64,000 nucleotides of DNA from an uncultured Actinomycetota bacterium. Lineage in GTDB: Bacteria > Actinomycetota > Actinomycetes > JAHEKZ01. The notes under the pieces are model-generated. The model was not told the origin of the DNA, did not search any database, and saw only the letters and a list, made by a program, of their open reading frames with translations. Made by a program: the position numbers and the translations under genes. The stretch's first letter is position 1, and each line of letters starts with the position of its first letter. Positions 1 through 9,137 of this stretch are shown here, piece after piece. The stretch lies in contig CAVQYR010000002.1 in the NCBI GenBank assembly GCA_963718235.1, forward strand, positions 842,244-906,243, read 5' to 3'.

Positions 1-892
1 CGGAGTCCCAGTCGCAGGCGAACATCTTGCCGGTGCGGGCGAACCCGGTCTGCACCTCGTCGGCGATGAACACGATGCCGTTGGCCTTGGCGAACTCGGC
101 CAGCCCGGAGAGGAACCCCTCGCCGGGAACGATGAACCCGCCCTCACCGGCGATCGGCTCGATCAGGATGGCGGCCACCTGGTCGGCCCCGATCTCCTTC
201 TCGATCTTGCTGATGGTCTGGGCGAGCGCCTCGTGGCCGGAGTTCTCCGCGCCACCGGGCCAGCGGAACGGGTAGGCCAGGGGCATCCGGTAGATCTCGC
301 CGGCGAACGGGCCGAACCCGTACTTGTAGGGCATCGACTTGGCGGTGAGGGCCATGGTCAGGTTGGTGCGGCCGTGGTAGCCGTGCTCGAACACGACGAC
401 GGCCTGTCGCTTGGTCGCGTACCGGGCGATCTTCACCGCGTTCTCCACGGCCTCGGCGCCGGAGTTGAACAGCGCCGTCTTCTTGGCGTGGTCGCCGGGG
501 GTCAGCCGGTTGAGCTGCTCGGCCACGGCGACGTAGCCCTCGTACGGAGTGACCATGAAGCAGGTGTGGGTGAACTGGGCGACCTGCTGCTGCACGCCCT
601 CGACCACCGCGGGTGCGGCGTTGCCGACGCTGGTGACGGCGATGCCGGAGCCGAGGTCGATCAGGGAGTTGCCGTCGACGTCGACGACGACGCCCCCACC
701 GGCGGCCGTGACGAAGATGGGCAGGATCGTTCCGACCCCGTCGGCCACGGCACCGGTCTTGCGGCCGAGTAGCTCCACAGACCTCGGGCCGGGGATCGCG
801 GTGACGACGCGGCGCTCCTGGGGCAGGTCGGGCCCGCCGAGGGGTGCGCTGGGCGCGCCGGCGATGGCACTGCCGGTGGTGGTGTCGCTCAT
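1..892 (-). CDS. gabT: 4-aminobutyrate--2-oxoglutarate transaminase (3' end outside window)
   Basis: Minus-strand translation from ATG 892: MSDTTTG...IDLGSGIAVTSVG...FTHTCFMVTPYEGY...LFNSGAEAVENAVKIAR...HGYHGRT...MPYKYGFGPFA. These are class-III aminotransferase/GabT motifs. AAGGA RBS upstream. Not in the ORF track because it runs off the edge. Confidence 0.92.
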   Translation of the reverse strand, partial: MSDTTTGSAIAGAPSAPLGGPDLPQERRVVTAIPGPRSVELLGRKTGAVADGVGTILPIFVTAAGGGVVVDVDGNSLIDLGSGIAVTSVGNAAPAVVEGVQQQVAQFTHTCFMVTPYEGYVAVAEQLNRLTPGDHAKKTALFNSGAEAVENAVKIARYATKRQAVVVFEHGYHGRTNLTMALTAKSMPYKYGFGPFAGEIYRMPLAYPFRWPGGAENSGHEALAQTISKIEKEIGADQVAAILIEPIAGEGGFIVPGEGFLSGLAEFAKANGIVFIADEVQTGFARTGKMFACDWDS

Positions 893-996
893 GGGAATCG
901 CCGTCCTTGGTTGCGAGGGTGCGGCCAGGGTAAGCACAGGGCCGCCAACTCGTCGCCCTGACCCGATGGACAATCAGTCCGCTACGCTTGGCCGCC

Positions 997-2601
997 ATGT
1001 CCACCTCCGGGTCCACCTCCAGGTCGGACGCACCACCGACCCCGACCGGCCGCCTTCGGGCTCCCACGCTGCGCACCGTGCTCGGCATGCCGGGGCTCTC
1101 GGTCGTGCTGCGGTGCGGGCGCGACGCGCTCGACCGGCCGGTGCGCTGGGTCGCGGTCAGCGAGCTGGAGGACCCCACCCCCTATCTCGAGGGCGGTGAG
1201 CTGCTGCTGACGACCGGCCTGCGGCTCACCGACGACAACGCAGCCGAGTACGTCTCGCGACTGGTGGACGTCGGTGTCACCGGGCTCGGGCTCGGGGTTG
1301 GACTCACCCACGACGTCGTGCCCGAGCCGTTGCTGGACGCTGCCGAGCGGGCGGGTCTCCCGGTCCTGGAGGTGCCGGAGCCCACCTCGTTCATCGCGAT
1401 CAGCCAGGCCGTCTCGGACCTGCTGGCCGCGGCGGAGTACGAGGCGGTGTCCCGGGCGGTCGGGGCCCAGCGCGACCTGACCCGTGCGGCGCTCGCCCCC
1501 GATGGTGCGGGCGCGGTCGTTGCCCGGCTGGCCAAGGAGCTGGCTGCCCAGGTGGTCCTGCTCGACGCCGCAGGTCGGATGGTCCACGCGGCACCGCGCG
1601 AGGCCGAGGCCCTGCTGGCGTCCCTCGGCCCGCAGGTCGAGCGGCTGCGCGGTCACGGGGCCAATTCGTCGGCGGCCTTCGACCACGAGGGGCGGTTCGT
1701 CGTCCTGCAACCCCTGGCTGCGGCAGGTCGGGTCCGTGGTTACCTGGCGCTGGCCCGACCGGCGCCGTTCACCGTGCCCGACCACCAGCTCATCGGGGTG
1801 GGGGTGGCCCTGGTCGGGCTGGCACTCGAGCGACCTCAAGGCACCGACACCGCTCGTCGCGACCTGCGGGATGCCGTCTTTGCGCTCCTGGCCGACGGTT
1901 CACCCGCGACGACACTGCCGATGGCCGCGGTGGGTTGGCACGAGCTGATGGCCGGACCGATCCGGGTGCTGGTCACCGAAGGGCCGGGCGCGCGACTGCT
2001 GGAGCTGCTGGAGGCGGTGGAGGACTCCGCGGCCGACCCCGGGTGGAGGGGCGCCGCGCGCGACGAGGACCGCCTTGTCGTGCTGGTCGCCTCGGTGACA
2101 CCCGACGAGCCCGAGGGCGGGACCACCTCACTCGACCCATCGGTGCCGCCCGAGGTGGCCGAGGTCGTGTCGCTCGGTCCAGACCTGGCGTGGGGCGTGA
2201 GCGACGTCGTGGTGGCCGACCATGGGCTGGCCGACGGGCTCCGGCAGGCCCGCCGGGCGTGGGCAGCGTCCGAGCCCGGCGCGGTGCGGGTGTTCGGGGA
2301 GCTGGGGCGAGGCGGCGTGGTCGGCCTGATCGACCCCGAGGCCGGTCGCGGCTTCGCCGACCGCCTGCTGGCTCCGCTGGAGTCGCGCGACCGGGGCGAC
2401 CTCGTGGCCTCGGTGCGGGCCTGGCTGGCCCACCTGGGGCAGTGGGACGCCGCCGCGACCAGCCTCGGGGTCCACCGGCACACCCTGCGCTACCGGATGC
2501 GGCGGGTCGAAGAGCTGTTGGGCCGAAGCCTCGACGACGCGGGCCTGCGCGCCGACCTGTGGGTCGCCCTGGCGATCCGCGACCGGGACGCTGCCGACTG
2601 A
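997..2601 (+). CDS. PucR-family transcriptional regulator
   Basis: N-terminal PucR domain (VRWVAVSELEDPTPYLEGGELLLTTG) and C-terminal HTH (WDAAATSLGVHRHTLRYRMRRVEELLG). Divergent from gabT. Confidence 0.92.
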   Translation: MSTSGSTSRSDAPPTPTGRLRAPTLRTVLGMPGLSVVLRCGRDALDRPVRWVAVSELEDPTPYLEGGELLLTTGLRLTDDNAAEYVSRLVDVGVTGLGLGVGLTHDVVPEPLLDAAERAGLPVLEVPEPTSFIAISQAVSDLLAAAEYEAVSRAVGAQRDLTRAALAPDGAGAVVARLAKELAAQVVLLDAAGRMVHAAPREAEALLASLGPQVERLRGHGANSSAAFDHEGRFVVLQPLAAAGRVRGYLALARPAPFTVPDHQLIGVGVALVGLALERPQGTDTARRDLRDAVFALLADGSPATTLPMAAVGWHELMAGPIRVLVTEGPGARLLELLEAVEDSAADPGWRGAARDEDRLVVLVASVTPDEPEGGTTSLDPSVPPEVAEVVSLGPDLAWGVSDVVVADHGLADGLRQARRAWAASEPGAVRVFGELGRGGVVGLIDPEAGRGFADRLLAPLESRDRGDLVASVRAWLAHLGQWDAAATSLGVHRHTLRYRMRRVEELLGRSLDDAGLRADLWVALAIRDRDAAD

Positions 2602-2688
2602 GCACTTGTCCATGATGGCGGCACGAGTGCCTCCTTCTGGACGCGGCGGCCATCAGGTCCTCGAGACCACTCGACCTAACGTCGGCCC

Positions 2689-4131
2689 ATGACCGACATC
2701 CATCCGTTCTGGCTCGCCGGCCGCCCAGCCACCAGCGAGGCGACCCTCGACGTCTTCAACCCCCACACCGGTGCGGTCGTCGGCGCCGTGTTCGTCCCCA
2801 CCCCGGCCCAGGTCGAAGCGGCCGTCGCTGCGGCGCACGACAGCGCGGAGGCGGCGCAGCGGCTGACCCTGGCCCAGCGCGCCGACGCCCTGGCCCACGT
2901 CTCGCGGCGGATCACCGAGCGGGCCGAGGAGATCGCCACCCTGATCACCGCCGAGAACGGCAAGCCGATCACCTGGGCCCGGGTCGAGGCGACCCGGGCC
3001 GCCAGCGTGTTCCGCTGGGCCGCCGAGGAGACCCGTCGCTGGAACGGTGACGTGCAGCGCCTGGACACCGAAGCCGCCAGCGCGGGGCGGATGGCGCTGG
3101 TCCGGCGGGTCCCCAAGGGTGCAATCCTCGGGATCGCGCCGTTCAACTTCCCGTTGAACCTGGTGGCCCACAAGGTGGCGCCGGCGATCGCCGTCGGTGC
3201 ACCGATCCTGGTCAAGCCCGCTCCGGCGACCCCGCTGTCGGCGCTGCTGCTGGGAGAGCTGCTCGCCGAGACCGACCTGCCCGAGGGCATGTGGTCGGTG
3301 CTGCCCGTGCCGAACGACGCCATGCCTGACCTCGTCGCCGACCCGCGGCTGCCGATCATCTCGTTCACCGGCTCCGCGCCGGTCGGCTATGCGATCCAGG
3401 CCTCGGTGCCCCGCAAGCACGTCGTCCTCGAGCTGGGCGGCAACGCCGCTGCCGTCGTCCTGGCCGACTACTCCAGCGACGCCGACCTGGAGTGGGCGTC
3501 CTCTCGCATCGCGACCTTCGCCAACTACCAGGCGGGGCAGTCGTGCATCTCGGTGCAGCGGGTGCTGGTCGACCGTTCGCTGTACGACACGCTGGTCCCG
3601 ATGGTGGTCGAGAAGGTCCAGGCCCTGCCGACGGGTGACCCCACCGACGACGCCACGGTCGTCGGCCCGCTCGTCGACGAGAACGCCGCCCGCCGGGTGG
3701 AGCAGTGGATCGACGAGGCCGTGACGGCCGGAGCGATCGTGCTGACCGGGGGACAGCGGGACGGGGCGCATGTCGCACCCGCCGTCCTGGTCGACGTGCC
3801 CGCAGACGCCAAGGTCGCCTGCGAGGAGGTCTTCGGACCGGTGGTCATCCTGAGTCCGGTCGACGGCGTCGACGACGCGGTCGCCACGGTCAACGCCTCG
3901 CGCTTCGGTCTGCAGGCCGGGGTGTTCACCCACGACCTGCAGACTGCGTTCCGGCTGCACCGTGACCTGCACGTCGGCGGCGTGGTGATCGGTGACGTGC
4001 CGAGCTTCCGGGCCGACCAGATGCCCTACGGCGGGGTGAAGGAGTCCGGCGTGGGCCGCGAGGGCGTGCGCTACGCGATGGAGGACTTCACCGAGGAGCG
4101 GGTCCTGGTGCTCACCGGCCTCGACCTCTGA
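2689..4131 (+). CDS. NAD(P)-dependent aldehyde dehydrogenase
   Basis: PFNFPLNL, FTGS, LELGGN, AGQSCIS (catalytic Cys), EEVFGP and PYGGVKESG motifs. Confidence 0.95.
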   Translation: MTDIHPFWLAGRPATSEATLDVFNPHTGAVVGAVFVPTPAQVEAAVAAAHDSAEAAQRLTLAQRADALAHVSRRITERAEEIATLITAENGKPITWARVEATRAASVFRWAAEETRRWNGDVQRLDTEAASAGRMALVRRVPKGAILGIAPFNFPLNLVAHKVAPAIAVGAPILVKPAPATPLSALLLGELLAETDLPEGMWSVLPVPNDAMPDLVADPRLPIISFTGSAPVGYAIQASVPRKHVVLELGGNAAAVVLADYSSDADLEWASSRIATFANYQAGQSCISVQRVLVDRSLYDTLVPMVVEKVQALPTGDPTDDATVVGPLVDENAARRVEQWIDEAVTAGAIVLTGGQRDGAHVAPAVLVDVPADAKVACEEVFGPVVILSPVDGVDDAVATVNASRFGLQAGVFTHDLQTAFRLHRDLHVGGVVIGDVPSFRADQMPYGGVKESGVGREGVRYAMEDFTEERVLVLTGLDL

Positions 4132-4169
4132 CGCACTCCCCGGCAGCCCAGAAGCACAGCACCGCCCCG

Positions 4170-4221
4170 TTCCGGAGTCATGGCTGGAATCGTGGCCCGG
4201 ATTCCAGCCACAGCTGCGGAA
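4170..4221. repeat. REP-like palindrome, copy 1
   Basis: TTCCGGAGTCATGGCTGGAATC-8 nt-GATTCCAGCCACAGCTGCGGAA, 18/22 arm complementarity. Related to the element at 12947-13004. Confidence 0.6.
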
Positions 4222-4236
4222 TGCAGACCTGTGTCG

Positions 4237-4263
4237 TGAACCGAAGAGCACGCCGGGTGCGAC
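4237..4263 (+). promoter_or_regulatory. putative ECF-sigma promoter
   Basis: TGAACC-N17-CGAC, resembling the ECF -35 (AAC) and -10 (CGT/CGA) elements, upstream of an ECF sigma gene. Confidence 0.35.
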
Positions 4264-4388
4264 AGGGAGGGTGACTGCCACCTTTGGAGGCTACCGATGA
4301 CCCGTCGCGCTCACCACCATGGTGGTCACCGGCGGCCAGGTTCTGCGGGCGCTGGTCGTTGGGGCCGGTGAGGGGCACAGTGACGGAC

Positions 4389-4967
4389 ATGGCGTCGGCC
4401 GGGCACGCACATGGCACCGGGTACGGGAGCGAACCGCGCCCGGACGGCCGCAGCGACGCCGATCTGCTGCTGGCGCTCGGCGGCGGTGACCGCAGTGCGC
4501 TCGAGCCGCTGTACGAGCGGCACGCGCCGTGGCTGTTGCTCCGGCTGCAGCGTCGCTGCGCGGACGCCGGTCTCGTCGACGAGGTGGTGCAGGACACGTT
4601 CGTCGCTGTCTGGCGATCAGCGCGGCGCTACGACGGGCGTGGTGAGGTCGCCGCGTGGATCTGGGGGATCGGCGTTCGACGACTCGTCGACGCCGTGCGA
4701 CGTCGCCCCCGGGGAGTACCGGTGGCGGAGGTTTCGGGCGACGGCGTTGAGCTGTCGGCCGAGGAACGGGTGCTGCTCGGCGTGGAGTACGGCGACTTGG
4801 CGGGCGCACTCGATCGCCTGTCACCTGAGCTGCGGGCCGTGGTCCAGGCGACGGTCCTCGACGGGCTGACCACCAACGAGGCGGCGCGTCTGCTCGGCAT
4901 CCCCCAGGGGACGGTGAAGACCCGCATGTCGCGCGCGCGGGTGCAGCTAAGGGAGGAACTGGCATGA
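4389..4967 (+). CDS. ECF RNA polymerase sigma factor (sigma-70 family)
   Basis: Region 2 (DEVVQDTFVAVWRSARRY) and region 4 (GLTTNEAARLLGIPQGTVKTRMSRAR). Start uncertain (4380 GTG or 4389 ATG). Confidence 0.92.
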   Translation: MASAGHAHGTGYGSEPRPDGRSDADLLLALGGGDRSALEPLYERHAPWLLLRLQRRCADAGLVDEVVQDTFVAVWRSARRYDGRGEVAAWIWGIGVRRLVDAVRRRPRGVPVAEVSGDGVELSAEERVLLGVEYGDLAGALDRLSPELRAVVQATVLDGLTTNEAARLLGIPQGTVKTRMSRARVQLREELA

Positions 4968-5788
4968 CTTGGCATCTCAGCGACGGTCTCGTGGACCAGT
5001 ACGTGACAGGCACTCTCGCGGGAGCCCGAGCGGCGTCGGTCGAGGCCCACACGATGGCCTGCGACCAGTGCCGGGCGGAGCTGGTCGAGTCCGCCCGACA
5101 GGCGGTTCCTTCCGCCCGGCTCAGTGCGGTCTGGGCCGAGGTCCAGGCGGAGGTCGACGCGCCGCGTCCCACCTGGGGGGAGCGCCTGGCGCTTAGGCTC
5201 GGAGTGGACGCCGACGAGGCTCGGCTGGTCGCGACCGCACCGTCACTGCGGGCTTCCTGGTTGGCGGCGCTGGTGTTGGTCCTGGGGTTCGCCGGCTTGG
5301 CGCCGGCGATGCGCGACGGGACGCCGCTGCTCCTGCTCGTCGTCGCACCGTTGGTCCCGGTGCTGGCGGTTGCCGGCGCCTACGGACGACTGGTCGACTC
5401 GTCATTCGAGGTGGCGCAGGCGACGCCCTACCCCGCAGGTCGGCTTCTGCTGCTGCGGGTGCTTGCCGTGCTCGTCGTGTCACTCGCCATCACCGCCATG
5501 TTCACCCTTGCCTTCTCGCAGGGCTGGCGGCCCTTGGTGTGGCTGCTCCCGGCCTTGGCGATGGTGTCGTTGTCGTTGGTGTTGGCGCGGTGGCTGCCGC
5601 TCGCCCTCGCCGCGGCGGGAGTGTCAACCACCTACCTGCTGGTCGTCGCGACCAGCATTGTTGAAGGCCCGGACGTCACCGTCGTCTTCGAAGGCACCGC
5701 AGGCTGGGCCTGGGCGGCGGTCCTCGTCGGCTGTCTCGCGATCCTGGCCTCCCCACCCCATCGGCGCGCCATCAGGAGGTTGTCGTGA
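4964..5788 (+). CDS. zinc-finger (ZAS/zf-HC2) anti-sigma factor, multi-pass membrane protein
   Basis: HxxxCxxC motif (HTMACDQC) followed by about six hydrophobic segments. ATGA overlap with the sigma gene. Confidence 0.85.
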   Translation: MTWHLSDGLVDQYVTGTLAGARAASVEAHTMACDQCRAELVESARQAVPSARLSAVWAEVQAEVDAPRPTWGERLALRLGVDADEARLVATAPSLRASWLAALVLVLGFAGLAPAMRDGTPLLLLVVAPLVPVLAVAGAYGRLVDSSFEVAQATPYPAGRLLLLRVLAVLVVSLAITAMFTLAFSQGWRPLVWLLPALAMVSLSLVLARWLPLALAAAGVSTTYLLVVATSIVEGPDVTVVFEGTAGWAWAAVLVGCLAILASPPHRRAIRRLS

Positions 5789-6642
5789 ACGATTCCATCG
5801 TGGTGCAGGACCTGGCCAAGCGGTTCGCCCGCACCCGGGCGCTGGAGGACGTCTCCTTCTCACTGTCGCGCGGCGTCACCGGCCTGCTCGGGCCCAATGG
5901 TGCGGGCAAGACCACGCTGCTTCGCATCCTGGCGACCGTCCTTGCTCCCGACGCCGGCCGGCTGTCGGTGTGCGGTCACGACCCCGCGCACCTCGACGGC
6001 CGCACCGAGATCCGTCGCCAGCTCGGCTACCTGCCGCAGGACCCCGGGTTCCAGCGCGGTTTCAGTGCGTTCGAGTTCGTCGACTACCTGGCGATCCTCA
6101 AGGAGCTCGGCCCGGCGCGGGCGCGCCACGACGAGGTCCGCCGCGTCCTCGAGCTCGTCGACCTCACCGCCGTCAGCGGCAAGCGCATCCGTGCCCTGTC
6201 CGGGGGGATGCGCCGTCGAGTCGCCTTGGCCGCGGCGCTGCTCGGCGACCCCGCACTCCTGGTCCTGGACGAGCCCACTGCCGGGCTCGACCCGGAGCAG
6301 CGGCTTCGCTTCCGCGAGCTCGTGTCCCGTGCCGGAGAGGGGCGCACGGTGGTGCTGTCCACCCACCAGACCGAGGACGTCGCGGCGTTGTGCCACGACG
6401 TCGTGGTGCTGCACCACGGTCGGGTGCACTTCCAGGGAGGGCCGGCCGAGCTGGCGTCGGTGGCCAACGGGCGGGTGTGGTTCGGGCCAGAGCGCGACCC
6501 CCAGGCCCGGATCGCCTGGCGCGGGGGCGACGGGCAGTTCCGGCACCTGGGCGAGCCGCCCGCGGGGGTCATTGTCAGCAGCCCGACGCTGGAAGACGGG
6601 TACCTGTGGCTGGTCGGGGACTCCGAGGCGGCAGCGGCATGA
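5785..6642 (+). CDS. ABC transporter ATP-binding protein
   Basis: Walker A GPNGAGKTT, signature LSGGM, Walker B LLVLDEPT, H-loop STH. Confidence 0.95.
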   Translation: MNDSIVVQDLAKRFARTRALEDVSFSLSRGVTGLLGPNGAGKTTLLRILATVLAPDAGRLSVCGHDPAHLDGRTEIRRQLGYLPQDPGFQRGFSAFEFVDYLAILKELGPARARHDEVRRVLELVDLTAVSGKRIRALSGGMRRRVALAAALLGDPALLVLDEPTAGLDPEQRLRFRELVSRAGEGRTVVLSTHQTEDVAALCHDVVVLHHGRVHFQGGPAELASVANGRVWFGPERDPQARIAWRGGDGQFRHLGEPPAGVIVSSPTLEDGYLWLVGDSEAAAA

Positions 6643-7487
6643 CGGCCGAGGCCCTCACCGCGGGTCCTGTGGTCGACCGCGGTAGTCGTTCGCTGCGCAG
6701 CCGGTGGGCGCTGGGCCGCGTCGAGGCCCGGCGCATGCTCACCAACCCCGCCTACGCCGTGCTCCTGGCGTTCATCCTGCTGAGCACCGGCGGGCTCACC
6801 GTGAGTGGTGACCAGCGTGGCTGGGTGCCGACGAGGCCGGAGGCGTACGACCGGCTGCAGGGCCTGCTCGTCCTCTACGCCGGGCTGGCGACCTACGTCG
6901 TCGCCCACCTGGTGTCGACGTCGGCCCGGCGCAGCGGTGCGCAGGCACAGCTGGCGTCGGCGCCCGGGGGGGAGCGGACCCGGATCCTGGGCCTGGTGCT
7001 GGGGATCGTCAGGGGACCGCTCGTCGTGGCAGCTGCGCTGCTGGCCGTGCTCGCGTGGCTGGGCAACGACGTCCGGCTGGCGTCCGGCCAGGCCCCGCTG
7101 AGCGGGCTCCAGCTGGTCCAGCTCGCCCTCATGGTGCTGGGCGGTGGCGTGTTCGGGGTCATGGTTGCCACCTGGCTGCGCTTCCCGGGGTCCTTGCTCC
7201 TCGGCCTGTTCACCCTCGTGTTCGTCACCGGCTGGTTGGCGGGTGACGCGGCGGCCTACGCAGGGTGGTTGCCCCCGCTGGTGCCGTTCCTCACGGCTAC
7301 CGACTGGTTCGACGCGGTGCCGCTCACCGGAGCGGTTCACGCCTGGCACACGGTGTACATGGTCGGTCTCTGCGGGCTCGGCGTGGTGGCGGCAGCGCTG
7401 CACGATCCGGCGCGCCGGGTGCCGTGGGTCATCACCGGGGCCGTCGTCCTCGCCGTGACCGCCGCCGCAGCGACGGCGCAGGCATGA
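6639..7487 (+). CDS. membrane protein, probable ABC permease
   Basis: C-terminal part of ORF 5124..7487, from MTAEALTAG. Multiple TM segments. ATGA overlap with the ATPase gene. Confidence 0.75.
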   Translation: MTAEALTAGPVVDRGSRSLRSRWALGRVEARRMLTNPAYAVLLAFILLSTGGLTVSGDQRGWVPTRPEAYDRLQGLLVLYAGLATYVVAHLVSTSARRSGAQAQLASAPGGERTRILGLVLGIVRGPLVVAAALLAVLAWLGNDVRLASGQAPLSGLQLVQLALMVLGGGVFGVMVATWLRFPGSLLLGLFTLVFVTGWLAGDAAAYAGWLPPLVPFLTATDWFDAVPLTGAVHAWHTVYMVGLCGLGVVAAALHDPARRVPWVITGAVVLAVTAAAATAQA

Positions 7488-8203
7488 CCCGAGCCACGCC
7501 GGCGCCTGGCCGGTGGGACGCCCCGACCCGCGCGAGCTTCGCGGAGCTGCTGAGCTGGCTGCCGCGTGCGGCGAACCCGGTTCCGGCGCTCGTAGCCGTC
7601 GCAGGCGCCCTCGCGCTGGTGTGGTGGCAGTGGCAGTACCTGGAGTCGTTGGACCGTCGGCTCTGGCTGGTGCGAGAGGGCAGCGTCATGGTCGTGCTGG
7701 GTGTGCTGTACCTGCTCGATGACCCCGCGCGTCGCTCGACGGCGGCGGCCGTCACGACGCTGCGGCGCCGGACGACCGTGACTCTTGCGGTGGCGGCCGC
7801 CGTCATCGCCGGGGCGTTCGCGGTGCTGGTCGCCGTGGCGAGCCTGCGGGGTGACATGGGTGCCGCGGTGGGTGGCCTGGCCGTCGAGGTCGCCACCGTG
7901 GCAACGGCCGGGGCGGCCATCACCCTGCTGCTGCAGCGCACCCAGGACCTCGACGAGCCGGCGACCGCGGGGGCGATGACCGTGCTCGCCCTGCTCGCGG
8001 TGGTGCCGGTCGTCGCCCTGCGTTGGCCGCTCCTGGTCGCCCCTGGACCGGAGTGGGCGGCCGCTCACATGCGGTGGGCCGTCGTCACCGGCGCCGCCGT
8101 CCTGACGCTGGTCTGGGTCACGCGGGACCCGGCCACCACGCTCCGGGGCATTGTCCGGGCAGCCGGGTCGAGACCGGTGGCGGTAGGTGCGGTGAGTCGA
8201 TGA
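7484..8203 (+). CDS. membrane protein, probable ABC permease
   Basis: From MTRATPAPG. Hydrophobic segments with an LLDDPA motif. ATGA overlap with the previous gene. Confidence 0.72.
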   Translation: MTRATPAPGRWDAPTRASFAELLSWLPRAANPVPALVAVAGALALVWWQWQYLESLDRRLWLVREGSVMVVLGVLYLLDDPARRSTAAAVTTLRRRTTVTLAVAAAVIAGAFAVLVAVASLRGDMGAAVGGLAVEVATVATAGAAITLLLQRTQDLDEPATAGAMTVLALLAVVPVVALRWPLLVAPGPEWAAAHMRWAVVTGAAVLTLVWVTRDPATTLRGIVRAAGSRPVAVGAVSR

Positions 8204-9129
8204 GCGACGGTCGTGACGCGGCGCTGCCTCCCCTGCAGTACCTCGAGACGGCTCTCGACGTCATGCAGCAGCACGCATTGATGTCGCCCTCGGTGGACTG
8301 GGACGGGCTTCGCGGCGAGGCGATGGCGCGCAGCGGGGGTGCCTCGAGCACAGCCGACTGCTACCCGGCGATCGAGTGGGCCCTGGTGCAGCTGGGCGAC
8401 CACCACAGCTTCTTCGAACCGCCCGATCGCGGCAGCGGGGCGATCCGTGACGGCACCTATCGGGACGAGCTGAGTCTGCCCTCGTTCGAACGCGGCGACG
8501 GGGACACCGCGACCCTCGTGGTGCCGGCGTTCCGGGGCTCACCGACCGCCGCCCGTACCTACGCCGACACACTGCGCGGGCTGGTGCACGAAGCGTCGGC
8601 CGACGGCGTGACGAGCTGGGTCGTCGACGTCGCCCAGAACGGTGGGGGCAGCATGCTTCCCATGATCGCGGGGCTTGCACCGCTGCTCGGCGCCGGGACC
8701 GTGGGCGGGTTCTTGTCGGCTGACGGTGCCGTGACGCCATGGACGCTCGACCCCGCGGGTGCGCTGTTCATCGGGGACGAGGCGATCGTTCCCGGCTGGC
8801 ACCATCCGTTGGACCCCGCACTGGCCAAGGCGCCGGTGGGTGTGGTGACCGGACCGGTGACTGCGAGCTCCGGTGAAGCCGTTGTTCTCAGTCTTCGGGG
8901 CCGCCCCCGAACCCGAAGCTTCGGAGCGGCCACTCGGGGGCTGGCGACCTCCAACGAGGTGTTCGACCTGGCCGACGGTGCCTCTCTCATGGTCATGACG
9001 GCCTGGATGGTGGATCGTCAGGGGGCCAAGTACCCCGGGGCGGTCGTTCCGGACGTCGTCGTATCGAGTGGCGAAGACCCGCCACGGGCCCAGGCTGCTC
9101 GCTGGGCTGCTGGCACGAGCCGACTCTAG
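8200..9129 (+). CDS. S41-family peptidase
   Basis: From MSDGRDAA. LGDHHS, VVDVAQNGGG (DLRxNxGG-like), TASSGE (catalytic Ser) and VVPDV motifs. Confidence 0.82.
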   Translation: MSDGRDAALPPLQYLETALDVMQQHALMSPSVDWDGLRGEAMARSGGASSTADCYPAIEWALVQLGDHHSFFEPPDRGSGAIRDGTYRDELSLPSFERGDGDTATLVVPAFRGSPTAARTYADTLRGLVHEASADGVTSWVVDVAQNGGGSMLPMIAGLAPLLGAGTVGGFLSADGAVTPWTLDPAGALFIGDEAIVPGWHHPLDPALAKAPVGVVTGPVTASSGEAVVLSLRGRPRTRSFGAATRGLATSNEVFDLADGASLMVMTAWMVDRQGAKYPGAVVPDVVVSSGEDPPRAQAARWAAGTSRL

Positions 9130-9137
9130 GAGCGCCC

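Noticed and set aside
4270-4372. Short ORFs (MTATFGGYR*, MTRRAHHHGGH...) upstream of the ECF sigma as a leader peptide system
   Set aside because: They could be chance ORFs or a gene remnant. No attenuator structure was identified and conservation cannot be assessed here.
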